Shown: positions 24,623 to 34,426 of the stretch, piece by piece
Layout of the letters: the number at the start of each line of letters is the position of its first letter
Numbering within the stretch: position 1 is the stretch's first letter
From: Nannocystis bainbridge
Lineage (GTDB): Bacteria > Myxococcota_A > Polyangia > Nannocystales > Nannocystaceae
DNA: 64,000 nucleotides
Direction of reading: 5' to 3'
NCBI RefSeq assembly: GCF_028368995.1
Contig: NZ_JAQNDL010000002.1
Span: 1,152,001 to 1,216,000 of the forward strand
Translations under genes and position numbers: made by a program
The notes under the pieces: generated by a model
Seen by the model: only the letters and a program-made list of their open reading frames with translations
What the model was told of the DNA's origin: nothing
Database searches by the model: none

Positions 24623-25870
24623 ATGACCCTGCGCACCCGCCTCCTGCTCGGCTACGGCTACCTGATCGCGCTGCTGCTGCTCAGCGTCGGCACGGCCGCG
24701 TTCAACTCGCAACGCGTCGCCCGCAACGTGCAGGTGGTCGTGCAGAACAACCTGGTCAGCCTCAGCGCGGCGGTGGCGATGCTCGACCAGATCGAGCGCC
24801 AGGACAGCGCGACGCTGGTCGGGTTGATGCAGCGCAGCGAGCCGACCGAGATGACGGCGGCCGAGGAGGACTTCGAGAAGGCGCTGGTGCAGGCCCGCAG
24901 CGCGGCGATGACGGACGACGACATCGCCATGCTGAAGAACCTGCAGGAGAACTACGAGGTCTACCGCAAGGCCCGCGACGAGCTGCTGCGCAGCATCCCG
25001 GAGGAGCCGTACGCGGCCTACCACGAGTCGGTGTTCCGCGTGTTCGAGGAGCTGAAGCGCGACGTAAACCAGTACCTCGAGGCGAAGAAGACGGCGCTCG
25101 GCGACGCCAACATCGAGGCGTCGCAGTCGGCGATCGAGGCGGCGGTGCTGCTCGGGGTGTTGGTCACGGTGGCGCTGCTGTCGCTCGGGCCGCTGTCGCG
25201 CAGCCTGCAGCGCGACGTGCTCGGGCGCCTGTCGGAGGTCGGCAGCGTGACCGAGGCGATCGCCAGCGGCGACCGCCGCCGCCGCGTCCGCGACTTCTAT
25301 CAGGACGAGCTGGGGCAGGTGGCGCGCCAGCTCAACGCGGCGCTCGATCGCCAGCAAGAGCTCGAGTCGCAGATGCAAGGCCGGTTGCTCGAGCAGCGGC
25401 GCGTGCTGGTCGGACTGATGAAACAGTGGCCGATGCCGGCGGCGCTGATCGGGATCGACGGCGAGCTGGTGGCGTCGACGCTGAGCGAGGACGACGAGGA
25501 CGAGCTCGATCGCCTGACGCCGCGCGTGCGTATGGCCGCGAAGGTGCTGATGACGCGCCGCTTCGTCCGCGCCGAGGAGCTATCCGCCGACATCAAGGCG
25601 AGCGACGCGGTGCGCGTGGTGCAGATGCGCGCGCTGGCCTCGGGCGACAATCAAATCGCGGGCTGGCTGGCGTCTTTCGTCGATCCGCGGGTCGGCGTGC
25701 TGGCGCCGCGCGGGCCGGGCGATCCCGAGCCGAGCGGCGACACACCGGTGAGCGAGGCGAGCGACGCGCCGGCGAGCGAGAACGCCGAACCCGCGGTGAC
25801 CGCCGAAGCGAACGACGAACCCGCAGTCGCCGCCGTCGTCGCCGAGGATCCCGCGTCGCGGTCGAGCTGA
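24623..25870 (+). CDS. Membrane sensor protein (TM, four-helix periplasmic domain, TM, HAMP) with no kinase output domain
   Basis: MTLRTRLLLGY TM, helical periplasmic domain, HAMP (IASGDRRRRV...DELGQVARQLN), PAS-like remnant; no H-box or G-box seen. Confidence 0.75.
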   Translation: MTLRTRLLLGYGYLIALLLLSVGTAAFNSQRVARNVQVVVQNNLVSLSAAVAMLDQIERQDSATLVGLMQRSEPTEMTAAEEDFEKALVQARSAAMTDDDIAMLKNLQENYEVYRKARDELLRSIPEEPYAAYHESVFRVFEELKRDVNQYLEAKKTALGDANIEASQSAIEAAVLLGVLVTVALLSLGPLSRSLQRDVLGRLSEVGSVTEAIASGDRRRRVRDFYQDELGQVARQLNAALDRQQELESQMQGRLLEQRRVLVGLMKQWPMPAALIGIDGELVASTLSEDDEDELDRLTPRVRMAAKVLMTRRFVRAEELSADIKASDAVRVVQMRALASGDNQIAGWLASFVDPRVGVLAPRGPGDPEPSGDTPVSEASDAPASENAEPAVTAEANDEPAVAAVVAEDPASRSS

Positions 25871-25915
25871 GCCGTCGCCGGCGGCCTCGCGCGGCGCCTG
25901 GTGTACGATGCGGAC

Positions 25916-27054
25916 ATGGCGCAACAGCGGAAATCAGGCCAGCCGAGCGGCGGCCAGATCCTGGGAAATCTCCAGGGGAAGCTCAAATCGGTGACGGGAG
26001 GCGGCGGCGGTTCGGGCTGGTTCGACTGGGTGTGGATCGGCGGGGCGCTGATCGCCGGGCTGGTCTTGATGACGACCTCGTTCACGGCGATCGAGCCCGG
26101 CCAGGTCGCGGTGCGGATCAACAACATCACCGGCGGGCTGACGACAGTGACGCAGCCGGGCTGGATCACGCGGATGCCGTTCGGCATCCACTCGGTCTAC
26201 GTGCTCGATGCCAGCCCGCAGACGTTCTCGATGCACGGCTCGAAGAACGTCGACGACCTCGAGGTCAGCGAGCTGACGGTGCGCGCGAGCGACGGCTCGA
26301 ACTTCCACTTCTCCGACACGACGATCATCTTCCAGCTGTCCGGCGCCGAGGCGCAGACGGTCATCCGCGACGGCGGTGAGGACCGCGGCTTCCTCAAGTG
26401 GATGCGCCCGTACGTGCGCGCCATCCTGCGCGACGAGTTCGGCCGCGAGTCGACGATCTCGGTGTCGAACCCGACCAAATTCGGCGAGGCGACCGAGCGC
26501 GCCAAGAGCCGGCTCAACGAGCTGCTCGGGGTGCACGGGGTGATCGTGACCCAGATCGTGACGCCGCGGCCGCAGTTCAACGACGAGTACGAGAAGCTGA
26601 TCGAGGAGCGCAACAAGCTCGGCAACCAGCTCGAGGTCATCAAGTCCAACCTCGCGGCGGCCGGGACCAGCCGCGAGCGCCGGCTCGCCGAGGTCAACCG
26701 CGATCAGAACCGCCTGATCCAGGAGAAGCGCACCGAGCTCGAGTCGGCGCTGGCGACCGCGATCGCGGCCCAGGCCGACGCGACCCGCGAGGCCGACACT
26801 TACAAGATCTCGAAGGTCGCCGAGGGGCAGGCGGCCCTCAGCGCCGCCAGGCAGCAGGCGACCGAGCTGCGCGGCCAGCTCGAAGCGGTCTACCGCGCGC
26901 GCAAGGCCGAGATCGACGCGTTCCGCACGCAACCGGTCGAGCGCGTGATGGAGCGCCTGGGTGAGCGCCTGCGCGGAGTGACGATAGCGATCGAGCCGTG
27001 GGCCAACGACGCCAGCCCGTCGCGCGTCGAGATCGAGAAGATCGGGGGTGCGCA

Positions 27055-27058
<4 letters not shown>
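25916..27058 (+). CDS. SPFH (band 7/prohibitin) domain protein
   Basis: N-terminal [28 protein letters not shown]-terminal coiled coil. Confidence 0.85.
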
Positions 27059-28266
<1,208 letters not shown>

Positions 28267-28372
28267 GCGAACCCGTGAAGGGGTGAAGCAGCGACGCGTG
28301 GCCGTGAGGCGCGCGTCGCTTTTCTGTTCGTGGGTCGCGCGCTTCGCTCGTAGTTCGCAGAGCGACGGCGAC

Positions 28373-29119
28373 CTACGGTCCGCGCGCGACCAGCAGGCCG
28401 TCGGCGACCAGGCCGGCCAGCAGCTCGTCGGCCTCGTGCGGCTCGGCGCCCAGGCGCACCGCCTCGGCCGTCAGCTCGGCGCGCGGGCGGCCGTCGCCAG
28501 CGAATTGAAGCAAGCGGACGAGCGGTTCGCTGGCTGTCCCGAGAGACACCTCGCCGCCGGGGCCGGCCTCGACCAGCAGCGGCTCGCGGTCGGGCCCGCG
28601 GGGCGGCTTCTCGCGTGCGGAGCGGGCGGTCGCCAGGGTCGTCGCGGGGTCGGGCCCGAGGCGGGCGCGCATGCGCTCGAGGCAGGCGAGGCTGCCTTTC
28701 GGGACCCGCAGCGGGGCCACGCATGGGTTGCACGCCAGGCCCTCGCCGGCGCCGGGGCGCGGGCGGCGGGCGTGGGCGATCGCCGCTTCGATCCGGCCTG
28801 GGCCACCGGCCTGTCCTCCGAGCCATGTCCCGAAGGACATGGCCATCGAACCATGTTCGAACACGCAGGTGCGGAACGCCGCCGACGAGAAGAACGCGTC
28901 GACCGCCGGCACGCCGAGCAGCGCCGCCGTGGCCGGGTACTCCTCGAGCAGGGCGTGCACGGCCCGGGCGCGGCGGTACGGATCGACGGTCAGGGCCCGG
29001 GGGTCGACGGCGCGCAGCAGCGACCGCTCGCGCTCGGCCAGCTCGGGCAGCGGCCCGGCGCCGCGCACCGCCGCGGCGTAGGCGGGGTCGAGGTGCATGC
29101 AGACGAGCGCGGCCTGCAC
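28373..29119 (-). CDS. Putative MNIO partner protein (DUF2063/HvfC-like position)
   Basis: Directly downstream of DUF692 (possible CTG start at 29143 overlapping its stop); LLEEYPATAALLG segment and C-terminal wHTH-like ADELLAGLVADGLLV. Confidence 0.6.
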   Translation of the reverse strand: MQAALVCMHLDPAYAAAVRGAGPLPELAERERSLLRAVDPRALTVDPYRRARAVHALLEEYPATAALLGVPAVDAFFSSAAFRTCVFEHGSMAMSFGTWLGGQAGGPGRIEAAIAHARRPRPGAGEGLACNPCVAPLRVPKGSLACLERMRARLGPDPATTLATARSAREKPPRGPDREPLLVEAGPGGEVSLGTASEPLVRLLQFAGDGRPRAELTAEAVRLGAEPHEADELLAGLVADGLLVARGP

Positions 29120-29139
29120 GCGGCGAGGGTCGAGGCGGC

Positions 29140-30021
29140 TCAGGCGGCCTCCGGGCCGCGCGCGGGCCACAGCGCGGCCACGCGGTCGAACAGCGGCAGC
29201 ACGGCGTCGATCGGGTTGCGCTCGCACTCGACGACGATCGAGCGCAGGTTGACCGCGCGCCGGGCCGCCTCGTTGGCGATGTCCCAGGTGTCCGGGAGGA
29301 CCTCCGTGCCGTGATCGTCCTCGACCCACGCGAGCCCGGCGGTGTCGTGGACGCGACCGCCGGCGACGTGCAGCTCGACCACGCGGTCCCACGGGAACCC
29401 GTCGAAGCCGGTCCGCGGGGCGTGGCCGCGGGCCCGCTGGAACATGGCCAGGTGGGCGCAGTCGAGCAGCAGCCCGGTGTCGGCGCGCTCGGCGACGCGG
29501 GCGAAGAAGTCGAGCAGGTGCATGTCGCCGACGAACGCGGCGCCCGGCGGGTTCTCGGGCAGCACCTCGAGGCCGGTCGCCTCGCGCAGCGCCTGCAGGC
29601 CGTCAGCCAGCGGCCCGATCGCCTCCTCGACGAGGATCGGCGGCAGCAGCAGCATGTGCCCGCGGTCGCGGCGGCCGAGGTGCCACAGCCCGGCGTCGCC
29701 GCACAGCCACGCCGGCCGCAGCTCGCCGGCGATCGTGCGCACGGCGGCCAGCCACTCGGGGTCGAAGTCTTCGGGCTCGTCGAGGTTGATGTCGAGGAAG
29801 TGGTAGGTGGTGGGCAGGCCGGCGGCGGCCCACGCCCGCGCGTCGTCGTCGAGGCCCTTGACGACCTCGACGCCGACCTCGAGGAAGCCGGCGCAGTCGG
29901 GCCGGCGCCGCCGCAGCTCGAGCGGGTCGAGCGCGCCGTCCTGGCGCCGCGCGCCGTACTCGGTGCTGACGCCGAGGCCGAGGCGCGGCAGGGCGCGGAC
30001 GCGGTCGAGGAAGTCGGGCAT
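29140..30021 (-). CDS. DUF692 / multinuclear non-heme iron oxidase (MNIO; MbnB/TglH family)
   Basis: LGLGV, FLEV, YHFLDINL, LLLPP, PENPP, GLLLDCAHL, VELHVAGG, EDDH, IVVECER. Confidence 0.88.
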   Translation of the reverse strand: MPDFLDRVRALPRLGLGVSTEYGARRQDGALDPLELRRRRPDCAGFLEVGVEVVKGLDDDARAWAAAGLPTTYHFLDINLDEPEDFDPEWLAAVRTIAGELRPAWLCGDAGLWHLGRRDRGHMLLLPPILVEEAIGPLADGLQALREATGLEVLPENPPGAAFVGDMHLLDFFARVAERADTGLLLDCAHLAMFQRARGHAPRTGFDGFPWDRVVELHVAGGRVHDTAGLAWVEDDHGTEVLPDTWDIANEAARRAVNLRSIVVECERNPIDAVLPLFDRVAALWPARGPEAA

Positions 30022-30085
30022 TCGGGACAGGTCCGTGAGAACATGTCCGATCGGGCAGGTCCTCAAGGACATGCCCGTTCGGACA
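30016..30085. repeat. Phased 14-bp element array between the GST and MNIO genes
   Basis: GGGCAttcgGGACA GGTCCgtgaGAACA TGTCCgatcGGGCA GGTCCtcaaGGACA TGCCCgttcGGACA. Confidence 0.85.
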
Positions 30086-30096
30086 TGGCAGATCGG

Positions 30097-30720
30097 TCAG
30101 CCGGCTTCGACCGCGCGGTTGGCCGGGCGGCTGACGCAGCGCTCGATCCACGCGCCGACGGCCGGGTAGGCGGCGATGTCGGTCTTGATGAAGCTCAGGG
30201 CCCAGGCGAGCGCCGCGGCGTTCGCGGCGTCGACGAGGGTGAAGCCGCTGCCGACCAGGTACTCGCGGCCCTGCAGGCGCTGGTCGAGGACCTTGAGCGC
30301 GGCCTCGAACTCCTTGGTGGCGGCCTCGGCCTGGAGGGCGTTGCGCGAGTCGGCGGGGAACCACTCGCTGGTGTTGAAGAAGATGCGGAAGATGGTGCCG
30401 CCGAGGGTGACCGAGCCCCACACGCTCCACGACAGCGCCTCGGCGTACTCGCTGGAGCCGACGCGCGGCCACAGGCCCTTGTCGACGCCGAAGCGGTCGC
30501 CGAGGTAGAGGATGATCGCCAGCGACTCGAACAACGGGGTGCCGTCGACGACCAGCGCGGGCACCTTGCCGTTGGGGTTGATGGCCAGGAATTCGGGCTT
30601 GTGCTGGTCGCCGGCGCGGAGGTCCAGCTTGACCTTGTCGTAAGGGACGCCGAGCTCCTCGAGGACCCAGTGGACGCGTGAGGCGCTCGTGTGGGGGGTG
30701 TAATAGAACGTGATCGACAT
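30097..30720 (-). CDS. Glutathione S-transferase family protein
   Basis: RVHWVLEELGVPY, INPNGKVPAL, LFESLAIILYL, YLVGSGFTLVD. Confidence 0.95.
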   Translation of the reverse strand: MSITFYYTPHTSASRVHWVLEELGVPYDKVKLDLRAGDQHKPEFLAINPNGKVPALVVDGTPLFESLAIILYLGDRFGVDKGLWPRVGSSEYAEALSWSVWGSVTLGGTIFRIFFNTSEWFPADSRNALQAEAATKEFEAALKVLDQRLQGREYLVGSGFTLVDAANAAALAWALSFIKTDIAAYPAVGAWIERCVSRPANRAVEAG

Positions 30721-30795
30721 GGGGCCTGGTCTCCGCGGGTTATGTACGCGATCGGGCGGCGCAGGGGTAGGCGAGCGCAGCGGTCGGGGCTCGGG

Positions 30796-32673
30796 TCAGG
30801 TGGGGATGCAGTGGACCAGCAGCCACTGGTTGCTGGTGCCGGGGCCGATCTCGCGGCGCTCGAGCGCTTCGAGGCGCAGGTCGAGCGCGGCGGCGGCGGC
30901 CTCGATCCGCCGGACGGCCGCGGCCGCGTCGTCGTTGCGGTAGTGCTCGCGGCGGGCGCTCGAGCGCTCGCCGCGGGTGGTCTGCGCCGGCGTGCGAGCC
31001 AGGCCGAACGCTGTGTTGTCGCAGACGACGAGCACGCCGCCGGGCCGCAGTCGCGACAGGGCCGTGACGAGCACGCGATCGGGGTCGCGCAGGTGGTTGT
31101 AGCTGCGCAGGATCGTGACGGCGTCGAAGCGGCGTTCGCCGAGCTCGAGCGCCTCGGCGTCGCCGCGCTCGAGCGTCGCGCCGGGCGGCAGGCGGGCGCG
31201 CAGGCGGGTCAGCGCGGCCTCGTCGGGGTCGACGCCGGTGTAGCGGATCCCGCCGGCGGCGATCCGCGGGGCCAGGACCTCGAGGTAGGGCGCGTCGCCG
31301 CAGCCGAGGTCGAGGACGTCGCCGACGAGCGCGGCGAGGCGGGCGCGCACGGCCGCGTCGTCGCGGGTAAAGATGTCCTCGAAGACAGGTTCGAACATCC
31401 CCGTGCACGCGGAGAAGTGCGGGCAGCCGGCGCACAGCGGGCTGCGGGTCAGCGGCACCAGCTCGCGGGCGAAGTCCTGCGGCGCCGGACCGCGGGCGGC
31501 GTCGACGTAGACCTGGCCGAGGTCGTGCTTGACCGCGGCGATCTCCTCGTCGGTGAAGTCGCGGGTGTCGGCGCGGTAGCGGGCGATCGCGGCGCCGCGG
31601 CGGACGAACAGGTGACGGCCGCGCTCCCACGGGGTGACGCCGAGCGGCCCCTGTCGCAAGGGACAGGTGCCCTCGGCGGCCTCGTGCACCGCCTCGAGCG
31701 TGTAGTTGAAGGAGTTGGCGCGCGGGCGATCGGTGACCGGGCGCAGCTCGCCGGCGCCGTGGACCTCGTGGTAGCCGCGGTAGAGCCCGGGGCAGCCGCC
31801 GCGCAGGCTGCAGCCGTCGCAGGCCGGCGGGTGGCGCTTGTTGTCGTCGTCGACCGGGAACAGGTCGGGCTCGCCGATCTCGACCATGGTCCAGTAGCGG
31901 TGGCTGCGGAGGTCGCTGTAGCTGTCCTCGAGGCCAGGTACGAGGCAGCGTGGGATGCCGCCGTGCTGGACCCGGACGCCGCGCTCGCGGGCGTGCGCGG
32001 CGGCGGCGACGACGGCCTCGGCGACGGCGGCGACCCGCGGGACCAGCAGCTCGAAGTTGCGGGCCGCGCCGCCTTTGGGCTCGACCATCGAGAACTTGAG
32101 GGTGACGCCGGCGAACCCGGCGACGAGGTCGACGAGGCCGCGCAGGTGGGCGACGTTCTGGCGGGTGACGACGCAGTTGACGGTGAGGTCGAGGTCGCGG
32201 CCGGCGAGGTTGCGCAGGGCGGCCACGGCCTGATCGAAGGCGTCGCTGCGGACCAGGCGGTTGTGCACCGGGGCGCTGCCGCCGTGCAGCGAGAGGTAGA
32301 CGTAGCGCAGGCGGTGGGCGAGGAGCTTGTCGGTGAGCTCGGGGTAGGCGAGCGCGCGGCCGTTGGTGACGAGGCCGAGGTCGAGGCCGAGGTCGGCGAT
32401 CCGCGCGGCCCAGCGGAGCAGCTCGGGCCGGATCGTCGGCTCGCCGCCGGACAGGACGACCATGCTGTGTCCGAGCTCGGCGGCGCGGAGGATCTTGCGC
32501 TCGACCTCCTCGGCGTCGCCGTCGATCGGGCGCACATCGAGCGTGTGACAAAAGGTGCAGTGCTCGTTGCAGCCGTAGCCGACCTTGATCAGCGCCTTGT
32601 AGTCGCCGGGCTGGAGCCTCGGGGGCCGCGGGGGCCGCGGGCCGGCCCATGCGGGGTGGGAGCGATCGTCCAT
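30796..32673 (-). CDS. Radical SAM enzyme fused to a C-terminal class I SAM methyltransferase
   Basis: CNEHCTFC, SGGEPTI, VTNG, SLHG, two CX2CX5C motifs (CDGCSLRGGCPG, CAGCPHFSACTG), VLDLGCGDAPY, SYNHLRDP. Confidence 0.9.
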   Translation of the reverse strand: MDDRSHPAWAGPRPPRPPRLQPGDYKALIKVGYGCNEHCTFCHTLDVRPIDGDAEEVERKILRAAELGHSMVVLSGGEPTIRPELLRWAARIADLGLDLGLVTNGRALAYPELTDKLLAHRLRYVYLSLHGGSAPVHNRLVRSDAFDQAVAALRNLAGRDLDLTVNCVVTRQNVAHLRGLVDLVAGFAGVTLKFSMVEPKGGAARNFELLVPRVAAVAEAVVAAAAHARERGVRVQHGGIPRCLVPGLEDSYSDLRSHRYWTMVEIGEPDLFPVDDDNKRHPPACDGCSLRGGCPGLYRGYHEVHGAGELRPVTDRPRANSFNYTLEAVHEAAEGTCPLRQGPLGVTPWERGRHLFVRRGAAIARYRADTRDFTDEEIAAVKHDLGQVYVDAARGPAPQDFARELVPLTRSPLCAGCPHFSACTGMFEPVFEDIFTRDDAAVRARLAALVGDVLDLGCGDAPYLEVLAPRIAAGGIRYTGVDPDEAALTRLRARLPPGATLERGDAEALELGERRFDAVTILRSYNHLRDPDRVLVTALSRLRPGGVLVVCDNTAFGLARTPAQTTRGERSSARREHYRNDDAAAAVRRIEAAAAALDLRLEALERREIGPGTSNQWLLVHCIPT

Positions 32674-32734
32674 GCGCGGCGCCGATGCTATCGCGTCCTC
32701 GCGGCGCTCGGCAGCGAGGGCTCGCGTAAAAGTC

Positions 32735-32836
32735 GGGGGCCGAGGTCGCAGCGGCGATGGGGGCGTGAGGGCGGCGAGGGCTCACGCACCACCTCGGGGC
32801 CGAGGGTCGCGGCGGTGGTGGGGGCGTGAGGGCGGC
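32735..32836. repeat. About 41-bp direct repeat (60-bp period) in the divergent intergenic region
   Basis: ggggccgag(g)gtcgc(a/g)gcgg..tgggggcgtgagggcggc present twice. Confidence 0.65.
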
Positions 32837-32852
32837 CGGCGCCCGGGTCGCC

Positions 32853-32882
32853 TTGACGCAGGCTGTGGGGGGCGGGTACGTT
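32853..32882 (+). promoter_or_regulatory. Putative sigma70-type promoter for the right arm of the radical SAM cluster
   Basis: TTGACG-18bp-TACGTT, with the same -10 hexamer as the lon promoter. Confidence 0.4.
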
Positions 32883-32904
32883 GGCTCCGATCAGGAACGA
32901 CTGC

Positions 32905-33393
32905 ATGAAGTCTTCGCCGCGTGTCGCTCGTCGCAAGGTCCTCGCCGTCCTCGGAGTCGCCGCTGCCGGCGTGTCGACCGCGGTGTGCACGCTCCGCCCG
33001 CGCACGACGGCCCCGTCGTCCGCGGCGCCGCTGGCCGGTCTGGTCGGGCCGCTCGGCGAGTGGCGCGTCGAGCAGGTGCTGCCGCTGGTCGCAGGCGCGG
33101 TGCCGGTGCTGATGCGCACCCCCGCGGGCCAGAAGTTCCAGGTCGATCTGCTGCGCGCCGAGGACGAAGGGCCCCGCGCGGTCGCCCAGGCGGGCGGGCT
33201 GGCGCTGTACCTCGCCAACGGCGGCGCGGGCGACCGGCCGTCGACCGCGGTCGAGGAGCAGGGCGCCCGGGCGCTGGCGCAGCGGCTGGCGCAGCTGGCG
33301 AGCGAGCGCGGGGCGCCGGCGATCCCCGGGCTGCTGACGCTGTCCGAGCGGCTGGCGTCGCACCGCCAGGCCGTGCTGACGCCGTGGGCCTGA
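32905..33393 (+). CDS. Hypothetical protein with a Tat-like signal
   Basis: ARRKVLAVLGVAAAG twin-Arg plus hydrophobic stretch; GC3-rich codons. Confidence 0.7.
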   Translation: MKSSPRVARRKVLAVLGVAAAGVSTAVCTLRPRTTAPSSAAPLAGLVGPLGEWRVEQVLPLVAGAVPVLMRTPAGQKFQVDLLRAEDEGPRAVAQAGGLALYLANGGAGDRPSTAVEEQGARALAQRLAQLASERGAPAIPGLLTLSERLASHRQAVLTPWA

Positions 33394-33413
33394 GCGGCGC
33401 CGCGGCGAGGCCC

Positions 33414-33579
33414 TGTCTGGAGGGACAGGGCGTTCGGGACATGTCGTATGGGGCAGGTGCGAAAGGTCCTGTCCGAACGGACAGGGCGCTGCGAACATGG
33501 CGCGAGGGACAGAGCGCCTGTTTGAAAGGACAGGCGTGGTGCGTGGTGCGTGAGGCAGGAGCGCCTGTCCGAAGGGACA
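33414..33579. repeat. Long phased 14-bp element array (7 contiguous units plus 2 more)
   Basis: TGTCTggagGGACA...TGTCCgaacGGACA...TGGCGcgagGGACA (33414-33511), TGTTTgaaaGGACA (33519), TGTCCgaagGGACA (33566). Confidence 0.85.
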
Positions 33580-33580
33580 G

Positions 33581-34426
33581 GTGGATGTGAGCCTGGCGGG
33601 CGTCGAGCCGGCGAGCGCGGACGGCCAGAGCGCTCTCGCGGCGCTCGTGCGCGCGGGCGGCGGGACGCTGACGCTGGCGGGGGCCGAGGTGCCGGTGCTC
33701 GCGGCCTGGGCTGCGGCGGCGCGGGCGGCCGGGTTCGCGCGCGTGTGGGTCGCGGCAGGGCCGGCGGGGCTGACGGCGGAGGCGCTCGCGGGGCTCGCGG
33801 GCGCGGGGCTGGGCGGGCTGCGGCTGCGACTGTACGCGGCCGAGGCGGCGGCGCACGACTACCACGCCGGTCACGAGGGATCGTTCCGGGCCACGCTGGG
33901 GACGGCCCGGGCGGCCCGGGCGGCGCGGCTGCCGGTGACGGTGACGACGCCGCTGACGCGCTCCAATTCGCGGGTGATGGCGGCGCTGCCGGGGCTGCTC
34001 GCGGACATCGGCGCGCTCGGGTGGCAGGTAGCGACGGTGGCGGCGGGCGGCTCGGCGAACCACGGGGCGGTGGCGCCGCGGCTGGCGGTCGCGCTGCCCT
34101 ACGCGCTGCAGGCGATGGTGGCGGCGGAGCGCGTCGGTCTGTTGGCCGCGATCGCCGGGGCGCCGCTGTGCTTGCTCGGGCCGCTGCGCGATCGCTCGGT
34201 GGCGACGCCGGTGCGGGCGTTCGCCGACGCGTGCAGCGGTTGTGCGCTGCGGCCGGGCTGTCCGGGGCTCGACGCCGCGTACCTGGGCCGCTTCGGCGCG
34301 GGCGAGCTGGTGCCGGTGACGCAGGGCGGGGGGCCGGTGGCGAGCGGCGCGCGGTCGATGAAACTCCGGGACATGTTCTCGGGGCCATGGCTCGAGCTGT
34401 CGGAGGGCCCGTGCTGGCCGATCTGA
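33581..34426 (+). CDS. Radical SAM-fold homolog lacking the CX3CX2C motif, with a C-terminal CX2CX5C
   Basis: AHDYHAGHEGSFRATL, PLTRSN, PLCLLG, CSGCALRPGCPG; in-frame stop at 33551 rules out an upstream cluster motif. Confidence 0.7.
   Translation: MDVSLAGVEPASADGQSALAALVRAGGGTLTLAGAEVPVLAAWAAAARAAGFARVWVAAGPAGLTAEALAGLAGAGLGGLRLRLYAAEAAAHDYHAGHEGSFRATLGTARAARAARLPVTVTTPLTRSNSRVMAALPGLLADIGALGWQVATVAAGGSANHGAVAPRLAVALPYALQAMVAAERVGLLAAIAGAPLCLLGPLRDRSVATPVRAFADACSGCALRPGCPGLDAAYLGRFGAGELVPVTQGGGPVASGARSMKLRDMFSGPWLELSEGPCWPI

Noticed and set aside
32672-32908. 78-aa ORF and other small ORFs around the radical SAM cluster as the RiPP precursor
   Set aside because: They are Arg/Gly-rich with atypical codons, span a non-coding direct repeat and a promoter, and show no leader/core pattern.
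33550-34410. N-terminal 287 aa of the 675-aa ORF as part of the HExxH protein
   Set aside because: This Gly/Arg/Ala-rich frame overlaps the radical SAM-like gene in another frame; the HExxH gene more plausibly starts at GTG 34411.
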